Shown: positions 1 to 9,371 of the stretch, one piece after another
How positions within the stretch are numbered: the first letter of the stretch is position 1
Layout of the letters: every line of letters starts with the position of its first letter
Assembly (NCBI RefSeq): GCF_027322205.1
Contig: NZ_DAHVHY010000001.1
Span: 11,060 to 75,059 of the forward strand
Direction of reading: 5' to 3'
DNA from: Acidithiobacillus sp.
Lineage (GTDB): Bacteria > Pseudomonadota > Gammaproteobacteria > Acidithiobacillales > Acidithiobacillaceae
Length of the DNA stretch: 64,000 nucleotides
Notes under the pieces: model-generated
Database searches by the model: none
The model's input: only the letters and a program-made list of their open reading frames with translations
What the model was told of the DNA's origin: nothing
Program-made: the position numbers and the translations under genes

Positions 1-1
1 C

Positions 2-337
2 CGCGCCAAGGTGCGCCTGGGTCTCCTACGTTTCGACCGCGACTGGTTCGCGCCACTCTTCCAGCCAGGCTATAATGCCGAGCAGATCAAAACGGCTAAA
101 GAGCAGATTCGCAGCACCCTTGCCGGACTGAGCAGTATCTTCAGCCAGCAGCGTTACCTCTTCGGCGACGAACTCTCGGTGCTCGACTGCGCCATCGCTC
201 CATTGCTGTGGCGCCTTCCGGTTCTGGAAATCAGCCTGCCTGCGGCAGCCCGCGCGACCCAGGAGTACATGGATCGCGTCTTCAATCTGGAGAGTTTCAA
301 ACGCAGCCTAACCCCTGCCGAGAAGGCCATGCGCTGA
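2..337 (+). CDS. sspA: Stringent starvation protein A, C-terminal part (5' end outside window)
   Basis: GST C-terminal-like sequence YLFGDELSVLDCAIAPLLWRLP and the typical SspA ending FKRSLTPAEKAMR. Confidence 0.85.
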   Translation, partial: RAKVRLGLLRFDRDWFAPLFQPGYNAEQIKTAKEQIRSTLAGLSSIFSQQRYLFGDELSVLDCAIAPLLWRLPVLEISLPAAARATQEYMDRVFNLESFKRSLTPAEKAMR

Positions 338-338
338 C

Positions 339-2075
339 ATGGGTATGGAGCTTGCCCGCCTCCACAGTCTGCCGGAAGGCCTCTTCGCACGCTGCAAACG
401 CGACCCGGGTGGTGTCATTGCCCTGCACCGGCAAGGGGATGCTTTTCAGCCAGTGACAGCGGCGACCTTTGCCAGGTGTGTCCGGTTACGGGCTCGAGGG
501 CTCCTGCGCCTGGGGGTGCGCAGCGGAGAACGGGTGGTCCTGATGGCCCCCAACTCTCTGGATTGGGCGATCATGGATTTCGCCATCCTCAGCATTGGCG
601 CCATTACCGTTCCTCTCTATCCGACGTTCAGCCCGCGCGAGATTCATTATGTGCTGGGTGACAGCGGCGCCGGACTGATGCTGCTGGAAGGTGCCAGCGA
701 GTGGCGGCGTATGCATAATAGCTGGGGAGTACCCAATGACCGCGTCCTGCTCCGCGATGCAAACGCTGCGCGAGAAGTCGGCCTGCGGCACTGGGGGACG
801 CTGGAAGACGAGGGCGCCACCCTACGCGATGCTGAACTGGAAGAACGCCTCACGGCGCTGCGGCGCCAGCAGACGGCCACCATCGTCTACACCTCCGGGA
901 CGACAGGTTGGCCCAAGGGTGTCATGCTCAGTCACGGCAACATCCTGAGCAATGTCGAAGGGTTCATACCGCTGGTGCCATTATGCGCCGGACAACGCCT
1001 GCTCTCCATCCTGCCCCTCTCCCACGTTTTCGAACGGGGTACAGGGCATTTCGGCGCCTATCTGCTGGGGCTGGAAGTCGCCTATGCGGAGCGCCCGGAC
1101 ACGGTACTCCGTGACATGGAGGCATCTCATCCGGACATTGTGGTCGCCGTGCCGCGGGTTTTCCAACTGCTCTATAGCCGGGTACGACGGGGTATTGAAG
1201 ATCGACCGGGTCTGCTCGGTCGCTTTCTGCGTCGAGGGGCGGGGATGGATCCGCAGGGACGTCCGGCGGCACGCTGGCAGCGCGCTCTTACCCGCCGCCT
1301 GCTGATCCGCAACCTCCGCAGGAAACTGGGTGGGCGCTTGCGTTTCTTTGTCTCTGGAGGGGCTCCGCTGGATGCTGAAATTGCTCGATTTTTTATTGAT
1401 TTGGGTTTACCGATTATCGAAGGTTACGGCATGACCGAAGCGAGCCCGGTAATCGCCGCCAATCCTCTGGAGGCCATCCGTCCGGGAACCGTGGGACCCT
1501 TCCTGCCTAATCTGGAAGGGCGCATAGCAGCCGATGGCGAGATCCTGGTGCGCGGTCCGTCCGTCATGCTGGGCTACTGGAATAATGAGAGCGCCACACG
1601 TGAGGCCCTGGTGGACGGCTGGCTGCACACCGGCGACGTGGGCAGTCTGGACCCGGATGGTTATCTGCGTATCAGCGATCGCAAGAAAGATCTGATCGTC
1701 AATTCCGCTGGCGAGAACATCCCGCCGCAAAAAATTGAAATGCGGCTGATGGCGCAAGCGCTGATCGACCAGGCCGTCGTCTTTGGCGATCGCATGCCCT
1801 ATCTCACGGCACTCATTTTTCCCAATCAGGAACTCCTCAAAGAACGTGTCGATGCCCACGCCGACGGTGCCGCCACACGCAAGGCCATCCATGCGGCTAT
1901 TTCGACCGCGCTTGCTGATCTGCCCTCCCATGAACAGGTACGGCGTTTCGCCTTGCTGCCAGAAGCGCTGAGCGAGGCCAACGGCGAACTAACTCCTACC
2001 CTCAAGGTAAAACGGCGCGTCGTCGCCGAACACTACGCCGAACTGCTGGCGCAAATGGGCAATGTCAAGGGCTGA
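339..2075 (+). CDS. fadD: Long-chain fatty acid-CoA ligase (AMP-dependent synthetase)
   Basis: YTSGTTGWPKG P-loop, EGYGMTE, WLHTGDVG, DRKKDLIV, LTPTLKVKR motifs. Confidence 0.85.
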   Translation: MGMELARLHSLPEGLFARCKRDPGGVIALHRQGDAFQPVTAATFARCVRLRARGLLRLGVRSGERVVLMAPNSLDWAIMDFAILSIGAITVPLYPTFSPREIHYVLGDSGAGLMLLEGASEWRRMHNSWGVPNDRVLLRDANAAREVGLRHWGTLEDEGATLRDAELEERLTALRRQQTATIVYTSGTTGWPKGVMLSHGNILSNVEGFIPLVPLCAGQRLLSILPLSHVFERGTGHFGAYLLGLEVAYAERPDTVLRDMEASHPDIVVAVPRVFQLLYSRVRRGIEDRPGLLGRFLRRGAGMDPQGRPAARWQRALTRRLLIRNLRRKLGGRLRFFVSGGAPLDAEIARFFIDLGLPIIEGYGMTEASPVIAANPLEAIRPGTVGPFLPNLEGRIAADGEILVRGPSVMLGYWNNESATREALVDGWLHTGDVGSLDPDGYLRISDRKKDLIVNSAGENIPPQKIEMRLMAQALIDQAVVFGDRMPYLTALIFPNQELLKERVDAHADGAATRKAIHAAISTALADLPSHEQVRRFALLPEALSEANGELTPTLKVKRRVVAEHYAELLAQMGNVKG

Positions 2076-2081
2076 TCTCCC

Positions 2082-3452
2082 ATGCTGCTTACGCCGCCCG
2101 CTGCGCTGACTCCCGTTCTAACGGCCCTGCAGCGAACGGGGGCGCGGGTCCTGGTGGTGGGCGGCACACCACGGGACACTCTGCTCGGTGTGGCCACCCA
2201 CGACTGGGACCTGGAAATACACGGGTTAGGCGAGACCCGTCTGGCCGAATGTCTGATGCCCTTCGGCGCTCACCGGGTAGGTGGCCGTCATGCAGTCTGG
2301 GTGGCAGCCGGTGCGGAGATTTCCCTGCCACAAGCGCCGGGGGGGCAGATCAACCCGCACCTGCCCTGGGCCATCGCCGCTCAGCGGCGGGATTTTTCGG
2401 TCAACGCTCTGGCCTGGGACTGGCAGGCTCAGCGCCTCTTGGACCATGTTGGGGGAGTAGCGGACCTCCACGCCCGGCGGCTCCGCGTAGTAGCGGCCGA
2501 CACTTTTGGGGAAGATCCTCTGCGCGTTTTCCGCGCGGCACGGTTGGCGGGCCAATTGGGTTTTTCTATTGAAGCCCGGAGCGCCACACTCTGCCGCCAA
2601 TTGGCGCCTCGCCTGCAAGAAGTCCCCCGGGAACGCCTACGCAAAGAGTGGGAGGCACTGCTCCTGCGCGGTCGGCATCTGGTCCGGGCCTGGGATAGCC
2701 TCGCCCTTACCGGCGCCATCACCCGATTCCCCGAACTCCGAGCCCTGCAAGCGGTACCCCAGCGCCCCGACGCCCACCCGGAAGGTGATGTCTGGATACA
2801 CACCGGGCGGGTGCTTGCCGCTGCTGGCCAGCTACGCAGCGGCGACAAAACGCGCGACATCATCCTCATGCTTGGCGCTCTGCTGCACGACCTCGGCAAA
2901 GCCAGCACCACCCGGCGCGACCCCCAAGGTCGCTGGCGCGCTTGCGGACATGAACAGGCACAAGTTACTGCCGAGACTTTCCTAAGTCACTACTTTCCTG
3001 GTAACCATCTCAGCCACCAGGTGCTGTCCCTCATTCGCTGGCACGGCGCACCCTACGCCCTGCACCGCGATGGCGCAGGGCGTGCCACCTATGCCCGCCT
3101 TGCCCTACAGGTCCCTGACCGCCCCTTACTGCTGGATATCGCCCTGGCGGATGCACGTGGCGCAGGCATAGAGCACCCCCCCGCCATAGATGTCGCCCGC
3201 AAGGTGTGGCAAGAGATGAACATCTGGACCAGCCTCCCAGACCCGCTACTAAAGGGGTCTGATCTGATAGCACTGGGATTCATGCCTGGACCGCGGTTGG
3301 GTAAGGCACTGGCGCTTGCCCGCGAACTGCAGGCGACCGGTGCTTACCATGACCGCGAATCTCTGATGGCGGCGCTGCATCGGCGCCTGCCCGAACTCAG
3401 TCTCCGAGACGGCCGCGCTTATTCACTGCCGTCATGTTTCCCCACTGACTGA
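2082..3452 (+). CDS. cca: Class II tRNA nucleotidyltransferase with HD domain (possibly CC-adding)
   Basis: GGTPRD..DWD, RRDF, EDPLRVFR, ERLRKE motifs; HD domain HPEGDVWIH..LLHDLGK. Confidence 0.85.
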   Translation: MLLTPPAALTPVLTALQRTGARVLVVGGTPRDTLLGVATHDWDLEIHGLGETRLAECLMPFGAHRVGGRHAVWVAAGAEISLPQAPGGQINPHLPWAIAAQRRDFSVNALAWDWQAQRLLDHVGGVADLHARRLRVVAADTFGEDPLRVFRAARLAGQLGFSIEARSATLCRQLAPRLQEVPRERLRKEWEALLLRGRHLVRAWDSLALTGAITRFPELRALQAVPQRPDAHPEGDVWIHTGRVLAAAGQLRSGDKTRDIILMLGALLHDLGKASTTRRDPQGRWRACGHEQAQVTAETFLSHYFPGNHLSHQVLSLIRWHGAPYALHRDGAGRATYARLALQVPDRPLLLDIALADARGAGIEHPPAIDVARKVWQEMNIWTSLPDPLLKGSDLIALGFMPGPRLGKALALARELQATGAYHDRESLMAALHRRLPELSLRDGRAYSLPSCFPTD

Positions 3453-3663
3453 TGTCTGGTACCTGGACCCCTACCCACCAGTATGGAGCGACGCTATCGC
3501 GGCCATAACCGCCCACCAAACCCTGTCCCTCTGCCAGGTACACATGCCCTAAAAACTTCCTGGCATCCTCACGACTCCGGAAAATAGACCAAGCCACCAC
3601 CCGCGCCATCGGCGTAGTCGAGGGCACCTCCCGTGCTTCATCGAGAAAACTGTCATTGATCAT
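3397..3663 (-). CDS. Small hypothetical protein (88 aa)
   Basis: Good RBS (GAGGAG) about 8 nt before ATG; protein-like composition; fills the gap between cca and rnpB. Confidence 0.65.
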   Translation of the reverse strand: MINDSFLDEAREVPSTTPMARVVAWSIFRSREDARKFLGHVYLAEGQGLVGGYGRDSVAPYWWVGVQVPDISQWGNMTAVNKRGRLGD

Positions 3664-3783
3664 GGCACTCTACTCCTCTCTATGGCCCGCTATGGCCATC
3701 GCAGCGGGCCGCAGCAGGATCCTGATGCACCGGTGAAGATACATCACAGTATAGTGCGCAAAGTCCGGCCATGCGTTTTTCTT

Positions 3784-3812
3784 CTGACAGAAGGCCATAA
3801 AACGCGTATGCT
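3784..3812 (+). promoter_or_regulatory. Sigma70-type promoter of rnpB
   Basis: CTGACA (3784-3789), 17 nt spacer, TATGCT (3807-3812), 7 nt before the RNA 5' end. Confidence 0.6.
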
Positions 3813-3819
3813 CCGCGAC

Positions 3820-4160
3820 GGAGTGGGCCAGACGACCGCCGCGGAGCAATCCGGGGAGGAAAGTCCGGGCTCCATAGGGCAAGGCGCCGGTTAACGACCG
3901 GGAGGCGTGAGCCTACGGAAAGTGCCACAGAAAATATACCGCCAAGCGCGTAAGCGCCGGTAAGGGTGAAAAGGTGCGGTAAGAGCGCACCGCATTTCCG
4001 GTAACGGAAATGGCAGGGAAAACCCCGCCTGGAGCAAGACCAAATAGGCGTGCAATACCGTGGCCCGCGGTGCACGCGGGTAGGTTGCTGGAGCCTGCGC
4101 GTAAGTGTAGGTCTAGAGGAATGGTCGTCCACGACAGAACCCGGCTTATCGGCCCACTCC
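3820..4160 (+). ncRNA. rnpB: RNase P RNA, bacterial type A
   Basis: GAGGAAAGTCCGGGC, AGTGCCACAGAAA, GGGTGAAAAGGTGCGGTAAGAGCGCACC, GAGCAAGACCAAATAGG, ACAGAACCCGGCTTAT; P1 helix GGAGTGGGCC/GGCCCACTCC closes the ends. Confidence 0.97.
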
Positions 4161-4400
4161 AACTTTACCACCAGCCCCATTTATCCCGGCAGACAGCCCG
4201 GAAATATCCGCAACCCTCATAAAAAATCAACCAGATGGAAAAACAGGGCGAGTAGCGCCCACGCATTCCATGGCTAAAGAAAGAGTATCCTTAAACTCAT
4301 TTTACACCATGTAATCTGATGATTGCAGAAATCCCTTAAAGCACTTTGTTCACTCTTTATAAACATGCTCTAACATGCCGTAATTATTCGTTTTTTCTCC

Positions 4401-4429
4401 TTGACAGCGGGCAACCTTCCCTCTAATCT
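4401..4429 (+). promoter_or_regulatory. Sigma70 promoter of the mraZ/dcw operon
   Basis: Perfect TTGACA (4401-4406), 17 nt spacer, TAATCT (4424-4429). Confidence 0.7.
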
Positions 4430-4436
4430 TCGGATT

Positions 4437-4461
4437 GTGGGGAAAAGTGGGGCGAAGTGGA
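4437..4461 (+). promoter_or_regulatory. MraZ operator (three GTGGG boxes, 10-bp period)
   Basis: GTGGG at 4437 and 4447, GTGGA at 4457, between the promoter and the mraZ start; matches the known MraZ-binding repeat. Confidence 0.8.
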
Positions 4462-4484
4462 AAATTTTGGAGGGGAGCACAGGC

Positions 4485-4940
4485 ATGTTTAGGGGAACAC
4501 ATCGGCATAGTCTGGACAGCAAGGGACGCATGAACGTCCCCGCGCGTTTCCGCGACTGGCTGAACGCCCACTGCGACGGCCAATTGATCGTCACGATTGA
4601 TGCCCAGAGCCAGCCCGGCGAACGCTGCCTGGTCGCTTACCCCCTGCCCACCTGGGAAAAAGTCGAACGTCGCATCGCCGAACTCCCCAGCAACAGTGTC
4701 GCAGCCCGTCAGTTTCAACGCCTTTTTGTCGGTCAGTCCGAAGAGATCCGTCTGGATGCCCAGGCCCGTATCCTCCTGTCGCCCAACCTGCGCAAATTTG
4801 CGGAGCTGGATAAAGAATTGGTACTGGTGGGCCAGATCGACAAGTTTGAAATCTGGGATGCCGCCCGTTGGGAGACTTGTCAGGAAAACTGGCTGGCCAG
4901 CGCGGATGGCTTCGCTAGCCTGGGCGATCTGGTCCTGTGA
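4485..4940 (+). CDS. mraZ: Division/cell wall cluster transcriptional repressor MraZ
   Basis: MFRGTHRHSLDSKGRMNVPARFR and LDAQARILL AbrB-like repeats; first dcw gene. Confidence 0.95.
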   Translation: MFRGTHRHSLDSKGRMNVPARFRDWLNAHCDGQLIVTIDAQSQPGERCLVAYPLPTWEKVERRIAELPSNSVAARQFQRLFVGQSEEIRLDAQARILLSPNLRKFAELDKELVLVGQIDKFEIWDAARWETCQENWLASADGFASLGDLVL

Positions 4941-5902
4941 GGGAGGATCATGAACCAGACACCGCGCACATTACCGTCCTTCTGGCAGAAACCGTTGCCA
5001 TCCTGCGCCCGGCACTTCGGACTAGTGCAGCCTTGCGCTGTGTCGATGCAACCGGTGGGCGGGGCGGCCACAGCGCGGCCTTACTGGCGGAACTGGGTGC
5101 AACAGATGCCTTGCTCATCCTTGACCGCGACCCCACTGCCATTGCCGCGCTGCGCAACCGTTTTGCAAAAGACCCGCGAGTACACATTCGCCAGGCACGC
5201 TTCAGTCAATTGGCCGAAGTACTTGCGGCGCTGGAGTGGGGCAGCGTGGACGCCATCCTCGCCGATCTCGGCGTTTCGTCTCCGCAACTGGATGAAGCCG
5301 AGCGCGGCTTCAGCTTTATGCGCGATGGCCCACTCGACATGCGCATGGACCCGGGGGCCGGCGTGAGCGCTTCAGAGTGGCTGGCTACCGCACCCGAGGC
5401 CGAAATAAGCCGGGTGTTGCGCGAATATGGCGAGGAACGTTTTGCCCGCCCCATCGCCCGCGCTATTCTGCGGACCCGGGAACAAACGTCCATCACCAGA
5501 ACCCTGCAACTGGCGGACTTGATCGCTGAGGTACTGCCCCGTCACGAAATCGGACAACATCCGGCCACCCGCAGTTTTCAGGGCATCCGCATTTTCATCA
5601 ACCGCGAACTGGAAGAGTTGGAAGCCTTTCTCCCCCAGGCCATGAATGCGTTGCGCGCGGGCGGACGGCTGGCGGTCATCAGCTTTCACTCTCTGGAAGA
5701 CCGCTTGGTAAAACGTTTTTTCCGCGCTGACGATTATCGTATCAGCGCGGATATACCCCTGCGTGCCAGCGAACTCCCACCCCTGCCATGGCATCCTGTA
5801 GGTAAGGCCCTGCGGGCCAGCGCCCGGGAAACTTGCGATAATCCCCGTTCCCGCTCGGCCGTGCTGCGGACTGCCGAAAGGAGTGACCACTATGCGGCGT
5901 AG
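4937..5902 (+). CDS. rsmH: 16S rRNA m4C1402 methyltransferase
   Basis: HITVLL, DATGGRGGHS, DLGVSSPQLD, ISFHSLEDR, NPRSRSA. Confidence 0.96.
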   Translation: MREDHEPDTAHITVLLAETVAILRPALRTSAALRCVDATGGRGGHSAALLAELGATDALLILDRDPTAIAALRNRFAKDPRVHIRQARFSQLAEVLAALEWGSVDAILADLGVSSPQLDEAERGFSFMRDGPLDMRMDPGAGVSASEWLATAPEAEISRVLREYGEERFARPIARAILRTREQTSITRTLQLADLIAEVLPRHEIGQHPATRSFQGIRIFINRELEELEAFLPQAMNALRAGGRLAVISFHSLEDRLVKRFFRADDYRISADIPLRASELPPLPWHPVGKALRASARETCDNPRSRSAVLRTAERSDHYAA

Positions 5903-6155
5903 CACTATTATTCTCGCCCTGCTGATTACTGCCACACTATTCGGTATCGTCGCGGCAAGAGAGAATACCCGTAGCCAGTTCATCGCTTTACAGGAAGCGC
6001 AGGCCAGGCGTTTCGCCTTGGACAACCGCTGGGGTCAGCTCCAGCTGGAGCAGGCCACGCTCGCTTCCAATGCCCGCGTGGGCGATATTGCGCACCAAAA
6101 ACTTGGCCTTGCAGCTCCCAAAAACGATCAAATTGTCATGGTCAAAGCACCATGA
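5892..6155 (+). CDS. ftsL: Cell division protein FtsL
   Basis: Single TM plus coiled coil, WGQLQLEQATL; between rsmH and ftsI. Confidence 0.9.
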   Translation: MRRSTIILALLITATLFGIVAARENTRSQFIALQEAQARRFALDNRWGQLQLEQATLASNARVGDIAHQKLGLAAPKNDQIVMVKAP

Positions 6156-7936
6156 TCCATCCCGGCGCCCCCCTCCACTCGCCGCAAACCGTCACGCTTC
6201 CCGCGTGGCGGGCGACCGCAGTATGGACGGTGGTTGCGCTGGGTTTGGCGGCGATCATGGCACAAGCCTGGCGCGCGCAGGTGGAGCGCGGTCCGTTTCT
6301 ACGTAACCAGGGCGCACAGCGGTATCTGCGACACTTCGCCTTACCGGCGCAGCGTGGCCCCATTCTCGACCGTTCCGGTAAAGCGTTGGCTCTGTCCGTC
6401 CCGGTGCAAACCCTCTGGGTAGACCCCCGGTTGTTCAATCCGCAGCGGGCACCGTGGCCACAAATTGCCGTCGCCTTAGGGATCAGCGCAGCCACCCTTG
6501 CTGCACGGATCCAGAGCGGCGGCAGCCGGTTCGCCTTCCTCGCCCGCCAGATCGCTCCGGAACGTGCCGCTACCATTCTCGCCCTGCATGTACCCGGTTT
6601 ATACAGTCTCAATGAAAACAGGCGTTACTACCCGTCCGGCAGCATAACCGCGCCATTGCTCGGCTTCACCAATGTAGACGGGCGCGGCATTGAAGGGTTG
6701 GAGCTGACCTATAACCAGTGGCTGCAAGGGAAGGCAGGGGAAGAAACCGGACTGCGCGACAATCTAGGACATCCGCTCGCCATCCTGGGCACGACCAAAC
6801 CGGCCCTGCCCGGCCAGGCACTCACGCTCAGCATTGACCGCAACATCCAGTATGTGGCGTACGCTGCTCTCGCCTCCGCCGTACAGCGTTTTCAGGCACG
6901 CTCCGGAGCCGCGGTGCTGATGAATGTGCATACCGGCGAAATTCTCGCCATGGTCAGCTATCCCTCTTTTAACCCCAATGATCGCGCCGATTATCAGCCA
7001 GACCTCTACAATAATCGTGCCGTCGCCGACACTTTCGAACCGGGATCGGTGGTGAAACCTTTTACCATCGCTGCCGCATTGGATGACGGCAGCATTCAGC
7101 CCAATTCCACGTTTGATGTGAACACCAACTGCTTTCGGGTGGCCCATTACTGCATTCAGGACGATGTCCGTCACGGCACCCTCGACCTTGCTCAGGTACT
7201 CAAGTATTCCAGCAACATTGGCGCGGCAAAGATTTCCCTGCGGACACCGCCTGCCGATCTCTACCAGATGCTGCGCAATGTCGGTTTTGGGCAGGTGAGT
7301 GGATTAGGGCTGCCCGGGGAGACTGGCGGCACGGTTCCCGCTTGGCAAAACTGGGATGTGGCGCGGCGTGCCGCCATGGCTTACGGTTATGGTCTCTCCG
7401 TCACCCCTTTGCAACTGGCGGCGGCTTATGGCGCCATCGCCAATAACGGCGTCTATGTCCAGCCCACCTTGCTGCGCAGCACCAGCAACACCTCCCTGCA
7501 CAGTCAGCAGGTCATACCGGTCGCCACTGCGGCGCGACTGCGCGACTGGCTCGCCGGGGTGACCAGTCGGGGCGGCACCGGTTTCCTTGCCGCGATTCCC
7601 GGCTATTCGGTAGCCGGGAAAACCGGCACGTCCATCATGGCTAATGGTAAGGGCGGCTTTCATAAGCATCAGGTGAATACCACCTTTGTCGGCTTCGCGC
7701 CCGCCAACAATCCGCAATTCGTCATGGCCGTAGTGGTGCGTGGACCAACTCAGGGCTGGCGTTATGGCGGGGTAGTCGCCGCCCCGGTATTTCGGGTAAC
7801 CATGGGCGCTGCCCTGCATCAAATGGGCGCACAACCCGATGTCGGCACTGGTGTCTGGAATACCGCGGCAGGAAAAGCCATGACCGCAGACCAGGAGCGG
7901 CGTTGGGCCGAGGGGGCTGGCGATGCCGCACACTGA
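6152..7936 (+). CDS. ftsI: Penicillin-binding protein 3
   Basis: RGPILDR, SVVK (SxxK), SSN, KTG motifs. Confidence 0.95.
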   Translation: MIHPGAPLHSPQTVTLPAWRATAVWTVVALGLAAIMAQAWRAQVERGPFLRNQGAQRYLRHFALPAQRGPILDRSGKALALSVPVQTLWVDPRLFNPQRAPWPQIAVALGISAATLAARIQSGGSRFAFLARQIAPERAATILALHVPGLYSLNENRRYYPSGSITAPLLGFTNVDGRGIEGLELTYNQWLQGKAGEETGLRDNLGHPLAILGTTKPALPGQALTLSIDRNIQYVAYAALASAVQRFQARSGAAVLMNVHTGEILAMVSYPSFNPNDRADYQPDLYNNRAVADTFEPGSVVKPFTIAAALDDGSIQPNSTFDVNTNCFRVAHYCIQDDVRHGTLDLAQVLKYSSNIGAAKISLRTPPADLYQMLRNVGFGQVSGLGLPGETGGTVPAWQNWDVARRAAMAYGYGLSVTPLQLAAAYGAIANNGVYVQPTLLRSTSNTSLHSQQVIPVATAARLRDWLAGVTSRGGTGFLAAIPGYSVAGKTGTSIMANGKGGFHKHQVNTTFVGFAPANNPQFVMAVVVRGPTQGWRYGGVVAAPVFRVTMGAALHQMGAQPDVGTGVWNTAAGKAMTADQERRWAEGAGDAAH

Positions 7937-9371
7937 GACGCTCGCCAGCCTGTTGCCTGCCACTCCTGCTGCCCTGGCGGGGATTGCCCTGCAGGGCATT
8001 GAAACCGATACCCGTCGCCTGCGACCGGGCATGCTCTACGTCGGCTTGAACACCAATCATGGCGATGGCCGGCAATTTTTGGAACAGGCTTGGGCAGCAG
8101 GTGCAGCCGCAGCGCTGTTAGAGGGCAGTGCAGAGCGTATTTACACTGAACAGGGTCACCCCGTCTGGCAAAGCCCGCAGGCACGGGCTCTGCTCGGCAG
8201 GTCACTGCGCCGCTGGTATCGCTGGGACGAGGGTCGGGCGCCCGTCATCATTGGCGTTACCGGCACCAATGGCAAGAGCAGTGTGACCCGCCTCATCGCC
8301 GAACTTGCGCCGCAGCCCGCGATGATCATCGGCACCCTCGGCTACGGTCGCGTGGATGCGCTTATCTCCCACGCCAATACCACACCGGACCCGGTCCCTT
8401 TGTGGCAGACCCTGGCCACGCTGCGCGACCAGGGCGCCAAGGTCATCGCCATGGAGGTCTCCTCCCATGCGCTCGCGCTGGAACGGATTGCGGCAGTACC
8501 CTTTGCCGCCGCCGTATTTACCAATCTCAGTCGGGACCACCTCGATTTTCATGGGAATATGGCGCACTACGGCGCAACCAAAGCCCGCCTCTTCCAGACG
8601 CTAGGCCTCCAATTGGCCGTAATAAACAGCGACGACGCATTCGCCGGGCAGATCGCTGCCGCCATGGCGCCGGAAGTCCGGCAACTGCGCTTCGGGGTAA
8701 AGAGTGGAGACTACCAGGCTGTCGAGTGGCATCCCGGTGCCAGCGGCACCCTGCTCGACCTGCATACCCCTACCGGCCCGCGGCGCCTGCGCAGCCCCCT
8801 CATCGGCAACAGCAATATTCAGAATCTGCTGGCCGCGCTGGCCACTGCCGAGGGTATGGGCTGGCCGGTCAGTGACGCCGCCATCGCCGGACTCGACTTG
8901 CCGGAAGGTCGTTATCAGCGCTTGGCTCCGGTCCCCGGCAAGGCACAGGTGATGATCGACTATGCCCACACCCCAGATGCGCTGCAGCGGGTGCTCACCG
9001 ACCTGCGCGAAGTCGCTAAAGGCGCCGTGACCGTGGTCTTTGGCTGCGGTGGCGATCGGGATCGTGGCAAACGTCCGGAAATGGGGCGGGTGGCCGAACG
9101 CCTTGCCGACCACATCATTCTCACCGACGATAACCCGCGCAGCGAAGCGCCCGAGGTTATCGTCAACGACATCCTGGGCGGTATGGAACAGCCCGATCAG
9201 GTTACCGTGATTCATGACCGCGCGGCGGCCATCCGGGCCGCCATCACTGCATCGCAGGCCGGGGATTGGGTGCTCATCGCCGGCAAGGGACACGAGCGTA
9301 TCCAGGAGATACTGGGGCAGCGTTTACCCTTTCAGGACCGCAGTATTGCCGCGGAGGTGCTCAGCGCATGA
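7923..9371 (+). CDS. murE: UDP-MurNAc-tripeptide synthetase
   Basis: GVTGTNGKSS, MEVSSH, DYAHTPD, DNPR, AGKGHE. Confidence 0.96.
   Translation: MPHTETLASLLPATPAALAGIALQGIETDTRRLRPGMLYVGLNTNHGDGRQFLEQAWAAGAAAALLEGSAERIYTEQGHPVWQSPQARALLGRSLRRWYRWDEGRAPVIIGVTGTNGKSSVTRLIAELAPQPAMIIGTLGYGRVDALISHANTTPDPVPLWQTLATLRDQGAKVIAMEVSSHALALERIAAVPFAAAVFTNLSRDHLDFHGNMAHYGATKARLFQTLGLQLAVINSDDAFAGQIAAAMAPEVRQLRFGVKSGDYQAVEWHPGASGTLLDLHTPTGPRRLRSPLIGNSNIQNLLAALATAEGMGWPVSDAAIAGLDLPEGRYQRLAPVPGKAQVMIDYAHTPDALQRVLTDLREVAKGAVTVVFGCGGDRDRGKRPEMGRVAERLADHIILTDDNPRSEAPEVIVNDILGGMEQPDQVTVIHDRAAAIRAAITASQAGDWVLIAGKGHERIQEILGQRLPFQDRSIAAEVLSA

Noticed and set aside
3680-4222. Several ORFs overlapping the 3820-4160 region
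   Set aside because: The region is RNase P RNA; the ORFs are incidental
4401-4484. Upstream extensions given by the ORF track (mraZ, murF, murG, fis, fabG, antiporter, xth, gst, pilR)
   Set aside because: They overlap promoters or neighbouring genes; starts were reassigned using RBS, coupling and family N-termini
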